Below are positions 18,049 through 32,600 of a stretch of DNA of 64,000 nt, one piece after another (position 1 is the stretch's first letter; each line of letters begins with the position of its first letter). Origin of the DNA: Balanoglossus misakiensis (Eukaryota; Animalia; Hemichordata); contig CM082584.2 of assembly GCA_040954595.2 (NCBI GenBank), positions 10,940,552 through 11,004,551 on the forward strand, read 5' to 3'. The notes beneath the pieces are model-generated. The model was not told the origin of the DNA, did no database searches, and saw only the letters and a list, made by a program, of their open reading frames with translations. A program made the position numbers and the translations under genes.

Positions 18049-18931
18049 GGCAGCTTTTTGTGGGTGTATGCCCTTAGCGAGCCTTTTTCCAAATAAAGAC
18101 GAGCTTATCACCTCTTCGATGAGGAAAGATAGCCAACGACCGTTGAATAAATACCACCCGCTTCGAAATATTTAGAGCGGCAGAAAAAACAGCCCCGAAC
18201 GCAGGCGTACTCAACACAGATCGACCCAATGACCTGTATTTGACAGGTAAATAATGACCCTCTTAACAAAATAAGTTACTAGTTTTGTGAACGTTATGAC
18301 TGTCTTTATTCACCACCATAGCTGCGTCAAATAGACGCATTGCGTATATACCTAAACCATTGATTAGGCACCATAGACAGTATAAACTGTCTATGCGTGC
18401 ACGCGCACACAATAATAGTTTGAAGGGACAATGCTTGAAAAACTGTCGGCATTTTTTGTATTGGTACACCTGCTCTGTCTTCTAAAATAAAATAATAATA
18501 TCTGAAATGACGTGGACAGGCAGGGTTAGCAACAATACAAGGGAGGGTCCAGAATACCTGAAAGTACCAGTTCCCTGCATATATTATATAGCCATGACCC
18601 CTGCAGGTAAATAACCCCAAACAGTTTACGCCTATATGCGTGTTGCTGTGTTCTTCTTCACAAAGACCACGACAAACAGACGCGTCATCAATCACAGCAG
18701 TGAACTGTTGCAGCGCACGGCCAAAAAGAAAATGACATTTTATCTGTGTCAATGTCAAGGCTGAAGAGGCGAAGTACTATATAGAGTTCGATTCATTAGT
18801 ACCGTGACGGGAAAGTCGTGGAATGAACTGTATTTTCCGTATTAAAAAATACGTGTGGACGGTGTATAGTGGTTCTGAAAAGGCTTAGATTTGAGACATT
18901 ATGTCATGCTATGTCTTAGAATAAGCAGGCT

Positions 18932-21928
18932 TCAGAAATACAATACGTCAGCTATCTCTTTGGGCACCCCGGGAAGTTCGTCCAGATGGTAACTGGTAGC
19001 GGCCTCCGCATCTCTTTCATCGAAAACGAAATCTGACCAGTTCGAAAACTGTACTCCTATGAAAACGCCAGCTTCTGTGAAAATATGAAAGAAAGGATTG
19101 TTGTATCACTTTTTGATGAACAAGCTTGATCTTAACTCTGTATTTACTGCAATTACATCGCCTCCTGCTGGCGTCCATCACCTTAGCTGACTGCGTACAT
19201 GAATTGAAGTTTTTTTTTTTATTTTTATGATTTTTAAATACAGCTACGTTCTTTAAATATCTACTGGTATACTGCACGAAGCACGCTGAAGCGCCCTCTG
19301 TAGGTGAATTGAAAAACACACGTCTTTAGAAAATAGATCCATGTACCGGTACTAGTATATGCCTCAACGTTTGAAAGCATGCCTTCAACTTACGGTAACA
19401 CAACTCCTGTTCTATAAGTGATAGCATGTATTCATCCCTAGTCATATCGGCCAGATGCAGGGGTAATGAACGGATAATATCGGTGGCTGTAAAAATATGC
19501 GTGGTCGGCATTATCTTCGCGAAATAGGTAGTAATGATCTGTAATTGAATGGAAAGAAGTTTAGATAGGGGGATGGGGCCGACAGACTTGCAAAAAACTG
19601 TAGAGAAAGAAGAGAGAAATATTCTCTAACCTTAGAGTAGGGCACAAATGAGAGGTATATGCAATCTATGCCATGCTTCGCCATCACGTTGGACACTGCC
19701 ATGGCGATTTGGTGGCCGCCATTTTCTGCCATATCCGCAATGGTTTGTGGGCACGCCACGTCCCAGGTGGCACGTTTTCCGATGGCGCACCTGCATCCAA
19801 ACAACAACATGCAAAACCGATAATATATGCACAGTTGACTGTCACAACGACTGATAATTCCCTTTGCATTAACAATCGGATGGTCTTGAATAATAACACC
19901 TCTTTCTGTGAGACTAGTTTGTTTGAATTTTCATAGATGCACCAACGGAAATCAGGTGTGTGTGTGCTCTCGCTTTACGGACCGTGTGTATGCTCAGAGC
20001 TCGAGGAAGCTATAGGCAAGCGCCAGTGTGCGAAAGGTCCGTGTTCCACACTATTCCAAAGCGCATTACACGGATTAGTACCGTCGTTAACAAACAATGG
20101 GTATTTCCCTGCTGTGGTAGTTGCATGAATCGAATCAGGCATCATGGTATGCACTTTTAGGCTGGATGATTGACGCGCAGGTTGACCAGGCCACCCGACA
20201 AGGCCACCATATGTGCCGCTGATCCTGTTCTGACATTTATCCTCTGAATAACATGTCGACCTAATATCGAAATCGGATGATCTCTTGCAAACACTTGTTT
20301 ATCTGTTGCCATTAATCTAGATCCAGCTTCACATATTGGTTCAAATCAGCCACTGCCTGTATCAGTCGCTAGAGAGGTTAACAATTAGAAATATCGGCTA
20401 AAGACAGAAATATGTCTACAGGATCTCAAACTTCACGACATGAGGGTTTAGCATATTGAAATTCTCAACACAAGCAGGATGTAACAAAAATCTCAATACC
20501 CCCCCCCCCCCCGATATCAAACGGAACATCCCTAATAGAAGTAACAGAAAGAAATTGTTAATATCCTTACTGTTCACCCGTTTTATTTCTCCAGTGGAAA
20601 GCAAGATATGGCTTCCCTTGACAAATAGTTCGTTTTGCGTACTCTGCGGCTTCAACCACGGAGGCTGAACGTTTCATGTGGCGTATAACACTAGCAGTCA
20701 AGTTATCACCACCAGGGATAGTCCAGTTCTTGAAATTATAGGGGTAGAACATTGCCAAGCATTGCCTGTTCTGTGCGGCATGGAAATGAGCGATAGCCTC
20801 GCTTTCATTATGAGCTTGCAGTTCTGTCGGTAAGATCACGCCAAGCAACGACGCAGCCATACTTCGAGCTATTTTGTATTTGCGTCGGTATTCTCCTAGT
20901 TCGTGGACGCTCAAATGAGGCGCGAAAAGTACCGTGTCAACCTCGGTCCCGCAATTTTTTTTGTAGTCTTCGAACGAGGCCACCGGGAGCACCTGGGCGA
21001 GGCTGTCCGCGTTGAATGTCTGTTCGTAAGGAACTAGATACTCACTGGTTCGGTAGCGATGCCTTAAGAATGGCGTCGTGACGATAGTTCTGTTTAAATA
21101 TAAGGCAAATGTGGTGGCAACTTTGAAATGCTTGTATTGAAAACTTGGTCCTCCGCCAGTAATTCCAATCGGAAGAAGATACCGGGCGCGAAAGGAATTG
21201 ATGTCAGATGGAAGGTTGGAGAGGCCGTCAAACTGTAATAAGATGAACATAATTACATGTATACATAAACTGAAGAATAATTTTTGCATGTGTTCAAATG
21301 ATGTTATCACTTACATTTGTTTGTGTTATTAGATGGCACATATTATAGTGTGTTTGGATGCCATCGTCTTGTTTTATATCAACTTGCATATTTTTTCATA
21401 ATAAAGCTTCTCTGGTTTTGGTCTATGATTAAAGTGAACCTACAATTTTGAATAGTGTTATCGATGGCAATACTTGTAAAGATCTTTCTTATTAATGTAA
21501 TATGTTAATGATTTAATTAAGACTGTATGATATAGGGAGCTCGTGTGATTATTTCTAAACCGGGAGTTATGTGTTTGTTTTACGTTTTAAAGCGATCGCC
21601 ACATGAATATATGCACGTATAGTATTTGGATAATACAATGAACGCAGATGTATCCGGACATATGCAACGGCATTTGTTCATACACAAACACTATCTATAA
21701 AAATTTCAGTCCTACCCATAAACTGTCTGGTCCCCGCATCTCAGGTCTATCCACTGTCCCATCGGTCGTCAACAATTGAGACAAGTCTGATTCGGCGGCC
21801 AGCAGCAGGGACTCTATGTCTTGTTTCCGGGCAGAAAATATCAGAAATGCTAAGATAAAAGTGGTAGTCAAGGTAACGGCGATTCCGAAAGCGACTGCCG
21901 CAACCTTTTCGGTCAAATTTAAGGGCAT
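18932..21928 (-). CDS. O-fucosyltransferase-like protein, paralog B (exons 21716-21928, 20571-21232, 19631-19790, 19394-19538, 18932-19074)
   Basis: TM anchor; YLLPIGITGGGPSFQYKHFKVA; YLAFHWRNKTGEQ; LIEQELCYQAGVFIGVQFSNWSDFV. Intron positions and phases match paralog A. Confidence 0.8.
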
Positions 21929-23939
21929 TCTGGTCGGAAAAAATGACGGGACCAATCGATTACTACTTCTGGCATAGGTAAATTGTCCTCTTTCGGAATC
22001 AACGCTCTACAAAGCCATCTTTAGTAGAGATTAGTGCAGAAATCACTTGGCATGCTTCGACTTGGCTGGTATGTGCGGTGTGTACATACCGTACTAAGTC
22101 CCGTTAGATCGGATTACAGCAGCATAAATTAAAATACTATACTAGGGGGACAACAAAAATATATGTCACATCACTGCGCACAGGTCTTATCGAATTAAGT
22201 TTTTATTTTCTAATTACAATTCAGTTCAATACAATTTATTCCAATATTATTTTATTCATCCCAACACTATGACCAGCAAATGGGAGACTTTAAAGACAGA
22301 CCGAAAAGATGAAAACAAATTTAGCGAGGAAAATGGGAAAAGCTTCGAGCTTTTCGCGACACGTTCTGGTAGTAAAATATGACAAGTTCCTTTGCGTTAT
22401 ACCTTTGCCAGACGTTCTTGCGTCCAAAAGGAGTAGCGCTTTCAAATGGACGTTTTAGCTGGACACGGTAACGATATCAGCTGATTGGTACTAACGATTG
22501 GCCCATGTGTGGGATTATTGCAGAAGCGGCTTTTGATCAATAGTTTTACCAGTACAGGCAACCAATATTTGCTCGGTGCAGTGATCCTCAATGCTGTTGT
22601 GAAGTGACCAGATAGATTTAGAGTTCGATGTCGAGGGACGCAAAAACTAGACAACAGAGTATAATACGTTCTCTTGCTGTTCCCTGCATGTGATACAAGC
22701 TGTTGCGCCATTGATATCGAGAGCTCATATTTTATATTTATCCGTGAAGACACTAATCCCATAAGTGCACCTGTATGCCTACAGTAGAGCCTCTAACAAC
22801 CCTTCTCTTTTCTGCTTTATTGATAAAAAAAATTTCATCAGGGAATTACCTCATGTCACACATTCCTGATATATCGAGCTTATTTCGCTTAATTCTACGG
22901 CTCTGGGTTACTATTTCATGGGAATATATGGATTGAGAGCAAGCCAATGGCCTGTTTTTCCCAATTAAAATCCTTATAACAGAGGTATTTGATTCAAAAT
23001 AGAAAAGCAAGCTGACGACAATTTTTGGAGTACCGTGTAAACCTGCCTATAATCTTGTCATGAATCAGATTTGCCCTTTTCGCATGCGCAGTCCGAGGTT
23101 GAATTTTCAGCCAGGTTGTAATAGTAATGGCTACATTCTATTGGTTGGTCGCTATATTAGCATCAAAAGCAATGATAAGCGGTATTTATGCAAATGCAGC
23201 AAGTGAGTATGTCAAAGGTCACTGAACACAGGTGGTCAGAGTGCGATAGGTATTTGGTCTGAACTGTCAACAAAAGACACACGCGCAAAGGAGAGAATAA
23301 ACATAATACATAAATGTCAACGTTGTGCTACTTCGGTATAAAGGAATTTTTTAAGCGTGGTTTACCCCGTGTGGCATATTTCATTCGTATTATTTACGAA
23401 CATACCAGAATTGCTGGAACTGTTATTAAATAACCTTTTATGGGAGTCATCCGTCTACAAACAACTCACCCGGGTGAGCTTTGTCAGAATTCCACCGTTT
23501 ACCAGCAAGTGCACCCCGATGCAAAACTACATTGTAATTTGAAGCGACCAGTGAAATACATTTGCAATTGCCCAATGCTTTTTATTTAAACGTTTAAACT
23601 TATACTGCATTGGTTTTTGATGGGTCGTTTACAATATACCTGTCAATTTATCAATATCTACAGTGAGTATCTTGTATTTTCCTTCGTGAATGATTTTATA
23701 TTTCCACTGTGCAACCGGCGCCCTGTCTCTGTTGGCCTATAGATCAAATACTTGCCTATGACAAGGTTGGTTGCATTGAATTAAACTTTCCAACACAATA
23801 ATCGCCCTTACTCTATTGGAATATCTCTTTATTAACCTGACAGAAACCTGATCAATGCGCGACAAAAGATGTAATCCTGTCGGATCAACTTGCTTGGTTC
23901 GTTAAAAATGAGGTAAAATTAATAAAGGTGTTACTACCA

Positions 23940-23962
23940 AACACACACACACACACACACAC
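23940..23962. repeat. (AC)n microsatellite
   Basis: About 11 AC units visible directly. Confidence 0.9.
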
Positions 23963-24123
23963 CAACATCGCTCGAGCGACTCAAGAACCCACTACCAGAA
24001 GGGAACGACGTTGCAGAAGACTCTTGGCTCAGGTTTGTCGCGAAACTCGGTTTGCAACAACTCTAATAACGACCATAATTTCCGTGATCATCCGGGTTCA
24101 ATGTGGTTCTGACCAAACTCAAC

Positions 24124-25657
24124 ATGTCGCAGGTGAGGCTTCATGCATGATGCAGCGACGGTCACTCCATAGTTACCGTGATGCAAAATAGTGTATGCGT
24201 GCAACGAAATATAGGACGATTATGAACGTCTTCATCAGACGCAAATAATAGTCTTCATGACATGCAAAAGATGCATATTGTAGAACATATTTGCTTATTA
24301 CGGTTGCTGCGATGTTACATGATTGAGCACGCACGAAATTATTACATTGCAATATTTTACGATATCATGTCATGATACATCGAGGAACATTCCAAAATGG
24401 ATTCTACAATCGTCTGACCGATGAGACACACCGCATTTAAACATGTTTGCTTTCATGTTCTGGTTTCAGTCGGGAAAAACGTCCACAAAACCCAAATCGA
24501 TGCGAGATCACATCGCAAATCGACGCTTGAGTTCGCGACTCATGTCGGCCAACCGCAACAACCGCATGGAAGACAAATTGCTGACGCTGAAAATACAGAC
24601 CCTGGAGGAAGACGAGCACCGTAGCATGGTCAGACATTTTCGGGAGAGATCAAATTTGATGTGTATCATTGAGCAGTTGCACTCAGATATGAAGGCAACT
24701 GTGGACGAAAGCTTACACGGTCGGCAAAAAGCTACCAGCGAAGCAGGCGAGGCGGACGAAGCGGAAAAGAAGTCGCCGGTTGCCGAAAACTCCACCGAAG
24801 AAGCCGAAGAAGAACACAAACCACCATCTTCATCAGCGAAGAAGTACCCGAGCATCCAGCAGAGAGCGGCTCGGACTGAGTCAAAGAGCTCGGACACCAG
24901 CAATTGCGATGACTTGCTAATGCTGCAACGTAAAGGCATTGCTCCTAAACAGCCGAGCCGCAGACATTTTACCGACGTAGCCATGTCGTCCGACTCGGAT
25001 GAAGAGAAGGGCGTAAGGAGGAGTTCTGTGAAGATAAACCTGGACAAAAGGAGAAGAGAGTTAGCGTCCAAACGACGACAACTAAATCGACAGGGTGGAA
25101 ACCTAACCGCGATAAGGCAGTGCAGTATCCGTTTGGAACGCAGACACTCCAAGACTTTCTTCGAATTGAAGAACATCGGGAAGGAAGATGGGGCACGTCA
25201 GCAGATGAAAGAAAAGGACATCTCACAGGAATCGTCTGAAAAACAGTCTCCAAGATCATCTCCAAGATTGCTCGGGCGATTGGACGTTTCCACCGATGTC
25301 TCCAGTCAGACAAAATCGAATAACAACCTTCCAATTGCTCCCAAATCTGCCAAACCTGCGCTCTGTGAGCACCGTGACGTCCCGTTTCCCGCCCCATCAC
25401 CATCCCGCAGCTCGAGTGCCGTTGAGCTGTCGTCCCTCGAGGAATTAAAACCGACAACTGCGCCTGCAGTTTTATCATCGGCCACTTCGGTCAGGGCACG
25501 GCCGTTTTGGCACCCTTCACAGAAAGCACTGTCGGCAGTAATGACGGAACGTCACAGGAAGAAATGCCAGCATTCGTACAACGAAATACTATCAGACCGA
25601 GTGCACGGTTTCGTGTCGAAACCCTTGCCGGGGGAAACTGCTTTTGACACGGTATAA
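24124..25657 (+). CDS. Uncharacterised ~398-aa protein: N-terminal coiled-coil followed by S/K/E/R-rich disordered region (exons 24124-24132, 24470-25657)
   Basis: ATG TCG CAG|gtgagg joins in phase to tttcag|TCG GGA AAA. The second exon is a 1.19-kb GC-richer open frame, with AATAAA at ~25799. Confidence 0.7.
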
Positions 25658-26621
25658 CACGTTGTCAATAATTATAAACAAGGAAAACAATAATTTCTGA
25701 AAAAGAGACGAGAGACTGCCATGGGGAAAGCCCCTGGTAAATGTGTGTTTCTGTAAAATGAGCGAAACTTACAACGGAAATTACAACTTTCAATCATAAA
25801 TAAAACCATTATTTTTTCCGATAGAACATGAACGCTTTAAAAATGCGCTTTGCTTACAACCATTGAAAAATGTACTATACAAATACAATGAAAGGAAATG
25901 CGTCAATCACCATTTATCAGTTTTCACCACAGACAAAGAGAAATCAAATCAAGATTTCAATGGTGACAACCTGTTACAACTAACGGATAACTTTTAAAAA
26001 AACTTTCAAGTATTTTTCTAATAATTTTATACTATCAATGACAAAACTGAACAAGCAAAACTATATACTTTTATTGTCATATTGTGTCTGTTCGTCTCTT
26101 TTCATTGTTTGCGGGAAAATAAAATCTTTCACAGACTCAATTCCTTCAAGATCTTCCCTCCTTTGTCCCCAATCCACTTGGAAAACCAACGCAAATCATG
26201 GAATGATGCAGTATGGGAAAGCTGCCCAGGCGGCGTATGCCAGGCGTGATTGGCTCCAGGTCTGGTCACAAGTTGCTCACGTGACCATCTGGGAAAGTTT
26301 GTCGGACTGAGCATGCGTTTGATCATATAATCCATTCAGGAAGCACCTGATGACCACCTGATGCCAACCTTGCTTCATTCACATCCTGTTGCCATCTCAT
26401 TCTTCACAGCTGTCGAAAATCTCGACTGGTTATAACTTTGAGGATTTAGCTCTCGGAGAGTCAGTCAGCATCTCGTCATACGTGACGTACTTCCTTTAGA
26501 TTATCTACCTACGCGTACGACAGAAATCGCCTGGGTTGCATCACTGTTGTACACGTGTTTGAGACTGTTGTTGCACAATACAGATTAGCACTGTGTAGCT
26601 GTAGCCGGCGAGATCGCGAAA

Positions 26622-29600
26622 ATGTCATTCAAGAAAGGAGAGAAAGAGCCGGTTTCTATCGAACTGGAACCTCGTATTACGCTGGTGTCAATGAATGGCA
26701 GTGCTGATCCAAGACCGTCAATAATCGAAGGTATATGTACATTTCTCTTGTATTATTTTTTGCTGCTGTCAATTTCATCCACATTCGGTCAATCGATGTC
26801 GCATGTGTGTCACTTTGAGTCACTAGTGTACTATGAAAGTAGTAGTTCATGTTGTAATGAACCCTTTTCATGCGATCGGGTTGGCGTAGACTTCGAAGAT
26901 ATTATCTAGAGTATTGATCAACTATGGCCAAGTGAATATTGCGTCACATGTTACCATGGTGAGAGACGGACCACATTCACTTGTTACATACGTAATTCAC
27001 GTCGGGCCGTCAAGGAAGTACTTACTAGTAGTTACTCTGCAACACACGGACGTATGAAGGACGATCAATTGTATCGGGGTCGACTCATATTGTCGTAGAT
27101 ATTCAAAAATTCATGGATTCCCTCTTTCTTGCTTGAGGGACTGTGATTCAAGTGACATTTGTTTCTAAAGGTCACCAGACGTCACAGCTGTATTCAAATG
27201 ACCTTTGTTTCTAAAGGTCACCTGATTTGTTTCACAATTAATTGTTTATTCTATTCAAACAGCGCAGCACACCTGATAATACACACCCTAATAATGGTCT
27301 GTTTACTATCTTAAGGTTATGTTGCTCATGGATAAATAATGTTCCTGACAAAGGAAATGTCACTGTATTATTTTCCCATAATTATAATCATAATACAGTG
27401 AGAAAAAACTTTAAGAACATAATCCACTGATTTTGTGAAATTTTATTTGCTTTTTTTCAGGGGATGATGATACTGAAGTAACATTGATGTATGCTAAGCA
27501 TGAGGTGTGTACACTTTTTCTGTTACCTAATCATGTCAGGGTACCTGTACTGAACATCATTTGGTCTACCCATGGATTTTATGTGACCACTGTTAGTGCT
27601 ACAGAACCATTACTGGTGGCTGTGCCATTGTTTTCTCAGTACATGTATTATGTATTCTGTGTTTGCAGAGAGTGCCTTTGAAAGATTTTCATGCAGAGGT
27701 CAGAGCAACGCTGGACATTGAACAGTTTCTGAGCCAGGCAGTTCTCCTCCTCGATATATCCGAACAACGTTACATCGAGGTCATCGACCTCCTGCTGAGG
27801 GAAACATTGAGCTATCTGGAGGAACCGGAGACAGTCATCGATGAAGCCAAAAGTGCCCTTTTCACTCATGATTCAGGTGAAGATCCATCCAGATCGGGTT
27901 TCAAACGGGCCATATCATATCAATCATCCATTGATTACCATGGGATTAGCCCTTTCACCACTATGGTCCAGTCCAAATCCATTGTTTTCTATGGGAAGGT
28001 GGGACCTCTATAGAGGGAACTGGGGGTGGAAGGGTTAGGACTGTATCAAGCCATAGGATACTGTGGGGCCAAGTTGTATGATTGATGTATTAAGATCGCA
28101 CAAGTCAAACCGAAGCCTTCCTTCCACCACTAGTGAGGTTGGAATATGAAACTCTCAGTTCCATCCGGATTCTGAAACAAACATCTGACATTCTAACCTT
28201 TTTCTTCACAGTTCACAACCTAGCCAAGACCATTCAAGGTGTCAGCACTGGTCCGGGCTTTGATTATGACCAGTCATGGATTTGTGCACTGTGAGTATAC
28301 ACAACCATTTTGATGTAACAACATTGCATACTTTCCTATAACAAAGACACCATTGTGAGACCCTAAAACTGCACAGAGACAAAATAGAGTAATGTGGAAA
28401 TTTGTTGATTTTATGGATCATTTTAATGAAACTTTCTATCTATCCATCAGGTGTAACTGCCCCTCTCTGACAAGACGCCATGTTGCCATAGCCAGACTCA
28501 AACACCCAACCAACTTTGGCCGAACGAGTCAAGAAGTCCATTTTGTCATCCTGGTTCTGGCGCCACCCAGGGAGAAAGGCACCAAGAATGCCTTGGAAAC
28601 CGGCCGAACGTTTGCCACCATCTTTGCTGATTTGGATTTTAGACACAACCTGATGGAAGCCAGAACAGGTACATGAAATTTGTACAATCAGATTTACAGT
28701 GTCTGTATCTGTGTATGAGAGAAAAGAGACACTAATGTGGGATTTTTATGACACACTTTGCATTTGATTTATTTCCCCAGTGGAAGAGTTCAAAAAAGTG
28801 CTGAACACCCATGCCACAGAGTTGGCTGAACTGCAGACAGGGACTACGAGTCCTCTGAAGAAGAGTGGAATGTACACTTTTGAAGATGATACCCCGGTAA
28901 TGATCTCATTCAGTTCTGATCCAAATTTAATTGTCAATCCTTTCCTGAATGTGAGCATGCACCTATGAATGAAGTCTCGAGGGCAAGAGTTTTGAGAAAA
29001 TGTGAAATAATGAGTTGGATATTTTTTTCGAACTTTCTGTATTGGGTCAGAACACTAATATTTATTTTTCATTGGACAGAATGGCTGCGGATTTGGGAGA
29101 GGACTTGCTGATGATTTCAAACGGCGTCTATCCCATTATCTTAGTGATTACAAAGATGGTGTTGTCGGTCACAAAACACCGCAGAAGACGTTGGCAACCA
29201 CCTTCTTTCTATACTTTGCATGCATTCTTCCAGCCATTGCATTTGGTGTGCTCAATGACAAAAATACCCATGGTGCAATAGGTAAGCTGATACTAAAGCG
29301 CAAGCAGTAATATTAACTAATCCGCAGTTTATAGGAAACATTGACAACTGGGCTAATTCCGTGTCCCCATATAACCTTACACCCTGATTTTTCGTTAATG
29401 TTTGGAAATTGCAGCTTACTAATAATAATACTCACTAAAATTTTACATAATTGCCATTAACACTCCAAATTAAAAGGAAAATGTATTGAATTGGCCGTAC
29501 TTGGGCCGTAAAATGTTAGATTTGATGAGATGTGCAAATATGTAGATTTTGCATAATAAGTATTTTGTGGTGAGTACCGTATTTGTGCCATTCTTTATTT

Positions 29601-32600
29601 CATCACATAGGTCGATAGTGATGTCATGCACACCATGATGATGTCACGTCATCAATAGGGGGTATAATATATTGACCCCCCTACTATCAAGTATGGCAAT
29701 GATTGTTCAGTGATTCACGCACCCTCTGGAGCAAACGTTATGCTGTGCGCACTCACAGACTCCACCCCAGGTCCTATCCCTTGGGTCCTTTTTGTGGCGA
29801 AACGTGAGTCTCTAAAAGCTTGACCTGCGTACATGTACTGTAGTTAGGGGGAAATAGAATCTCCCTCATCCTCCTCGAAAGCTGAACGTGATGTTGAGTG
29901 AATCAGATGTGAAACAATGCACTGAGAGCTCCCTTTGCTTGAAATGTGTACTCACATTGATGAGATGCTGAGTATATCTTACTCAGAAATCAAAACAATT
30001 GTCTTTTTGAGTTATGTGGAGCATTCACTGAACCCTTTCTGTTTATACACTGATTGTTGCTGTCATCTCTTTCAGATGTGAAGAAAGTGATCTTCTCACA
30101 GGCGGTGGGTGGGCTAGCCTTTGCAGTATTTGGGGGCCAACCTCTCATCGTTCTACTGACAACAGCACCTCTGGCTCTCTACATCAAAGGTGAGGTGATA
30201 GAAGCATGGTTTTACACTTGAGTATGTGCCTCTCCCCCTGACCCCTCCCCATTTGTGTTCTTAGTGTGATCAGCAGTCTTAGGTGCCCTCGTGATTGGCC
30301 AGTTTCAGTGTGATGTCATTCTTATCTGTTACATGACTATGCAAAATAGCTGTCAGGCCAGATTTGAAATCACTGGTTTAACAAATACTGTATCGTTGTA
30401 CTTTGCTTTCTATGCAGTCATTTACAGCGTAGCAGAAGATTTCAGTTTGGATTTCTTTTCCGTGTATGCCTGCGTGGGAATGTGGAATTCCTTCTTTCTC
30501 ATTCTCTTTTCTCTCACCGGTGCAAGTCGACTCATGAAGTGGTCCACAAGGTAAGCCCGCTCAACTTCAAAAATTCAATTCAAGGACTTTGTTCATTCAC
30601 TGCCCTCGCGTACATATTATTTTTTTATGGCAGAACACGAAGACTCATAAAAATTCTTCTGTCATTCCTAGCAGGAAATGACTTGTGCCTATAAGGTCAT
30701 CGGGTTCTATATTGTTTTTATCATGACATGTTGTTTATTTTTCTTCTCTTTCTACAGGTCTACAGAAGAGATATTTGCATTGTTTATTGCCATAGCCTTC
30801 TCAGTGGATGCATTGAAGGAGTTAGTCCATGGTAAAGATCTTCTTTTTCTGATATTGCACTGCAGTAAAACTTTCTCAAAACGTACAAACAAAAGTGGTG
30901 TGATCACTAAGTACTACAGCACTGCCCAAGCAACTGATTCTATGGTATATGTATCTGATGGTGTTAAAAACCATGTATGAATGAACATGCATCCACAGGA
31001 TTTTACTGGTACTAGAAGCTATTTTGAATAGTGTGTCAACTTTCTTACCTACATAGAACGTTATTTTCAACCAGCGTCTTTTAACCTTTCATATCACAGA
31101 TTTCCAACTGAACTACAATTCTGTGGCCTGTAATTGTGATTCACTGCCGTGCGTTGAAAATCTCACCCTGGAAGCATTGAACACAACACAGCAAGTCGCT
31201 GATGAGTGCCTGAGAGAAAACAGTCTCCTGTATCTGCTGTTGTTGTTTGGTACAGTCTGGCTGGGATTAACTCTCTTCAACTTCACCAAGAGGTATTTCA
31301 GTATATTTGTTCTTCATCAAAGTTGGTTCATTGCGCTATAAATTATTCTGGACCAACAGAATCCTCACCCTATCCACAAGACAACTGTATATGTCAAAAT
31401 TTCGCATATCTCAACCCCATCAGTCATTCGATCTGTATTTCTCATTTCTTATCTAACAACTCTGAAATTTGTTTCTATTTTGCAGCCCTTTATTGGATGC
31501 CAATATCCGTGAGATGCTAGCTGATTATGCCTTGCCTGTTGCCGTCATTATCATGTCATTCATTGGCTCATTTGTTTTCAGAGCAGTCAAGTGTAAGTAC
31601 AATCTTCAGATTAGAAAATTCTACCAATTGTGATGTGGAGAAATGACATTATATCATGTTTAATCGGATTTTCTTTGTGTTCTTTGTAGTGGAGAAATTT
31701 GACTATTATGATGGTGACCTCCTGGTGATAGCACCACTCAACAAGCTGTCTCCAGCTGCTATAGCAGGATGTGCTGTTCTGGGATTTCCACTTTCTCTTC
31801 TCTTCTTCATGGATCAGAACATCTCCAGTGCATTGGTGAACGCCCCTCTCAACAAGTAAGTCTGTCCAGAGTGATTATAATGTTAAGTTAAGTGTATAGT
31901 CGCCTGTGTCCAACTTTCACAATATTAAATCGATATTCTTCTTCTTGACTTGTTTCAGGCTGAAGAAAGGTCCCGCTTATCACTTGGATCTGTTTGTGGT
32001 GGCGTTACTGAATCTATTTCTGTCCGTGTTTGGACTGCCCTGGGTTCACGCCGCTTTGCCCCACTCACCGCTGCATGTCCGAGCGTTGGCTGATGTGGAA
32101 GAGAGAGTTGATGGAGGTCACGTACAGAACATGTAAGCATACTTTGTTGCATGTACAGTGCACTTATTAGGTTTATGTACTTCAGTGCATTGATGATGTT
32201 TGTCTGTATAACGAGATTCTACCACTATCCAAAACTTCAGTCTTCATTCCATGAATAATCTACATGCTGCAGGGATTGGTTTGGTTGTCAGATCTGCAAA
32301 GCATTCTACAGACACCAGTGGGACAAGCATCATGATAAGACTCACAGCAAAGTTCCTGAAAAGTTCTCTAACTCCCAATATTTTTTTTTAAATCTTAACT
32401 TTCTCGACAGCATCGTGCGTGTCCGTGAGACGAGACTGACCGGCATCATTTCTCACATCATGATCGGCTTATCTCTCCTGATGTTGCCAGTGCCACTACA
32501 GTACATTCCACAAGCCGTTCTCTATGGTCTCTTCTTGTACGTGGCGTATACTTCGGTCGACGGCAATCAGCTCTTTGACCGCATATTGCTGCTGTTTACA

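Noticed and set aside
18050-18260. Heat-shock elements upstream of the sHSP
   Set aside because: GAA and TTC triplets occur, but I found no correctly spaced nGAAnnTTCnnGAAn array.
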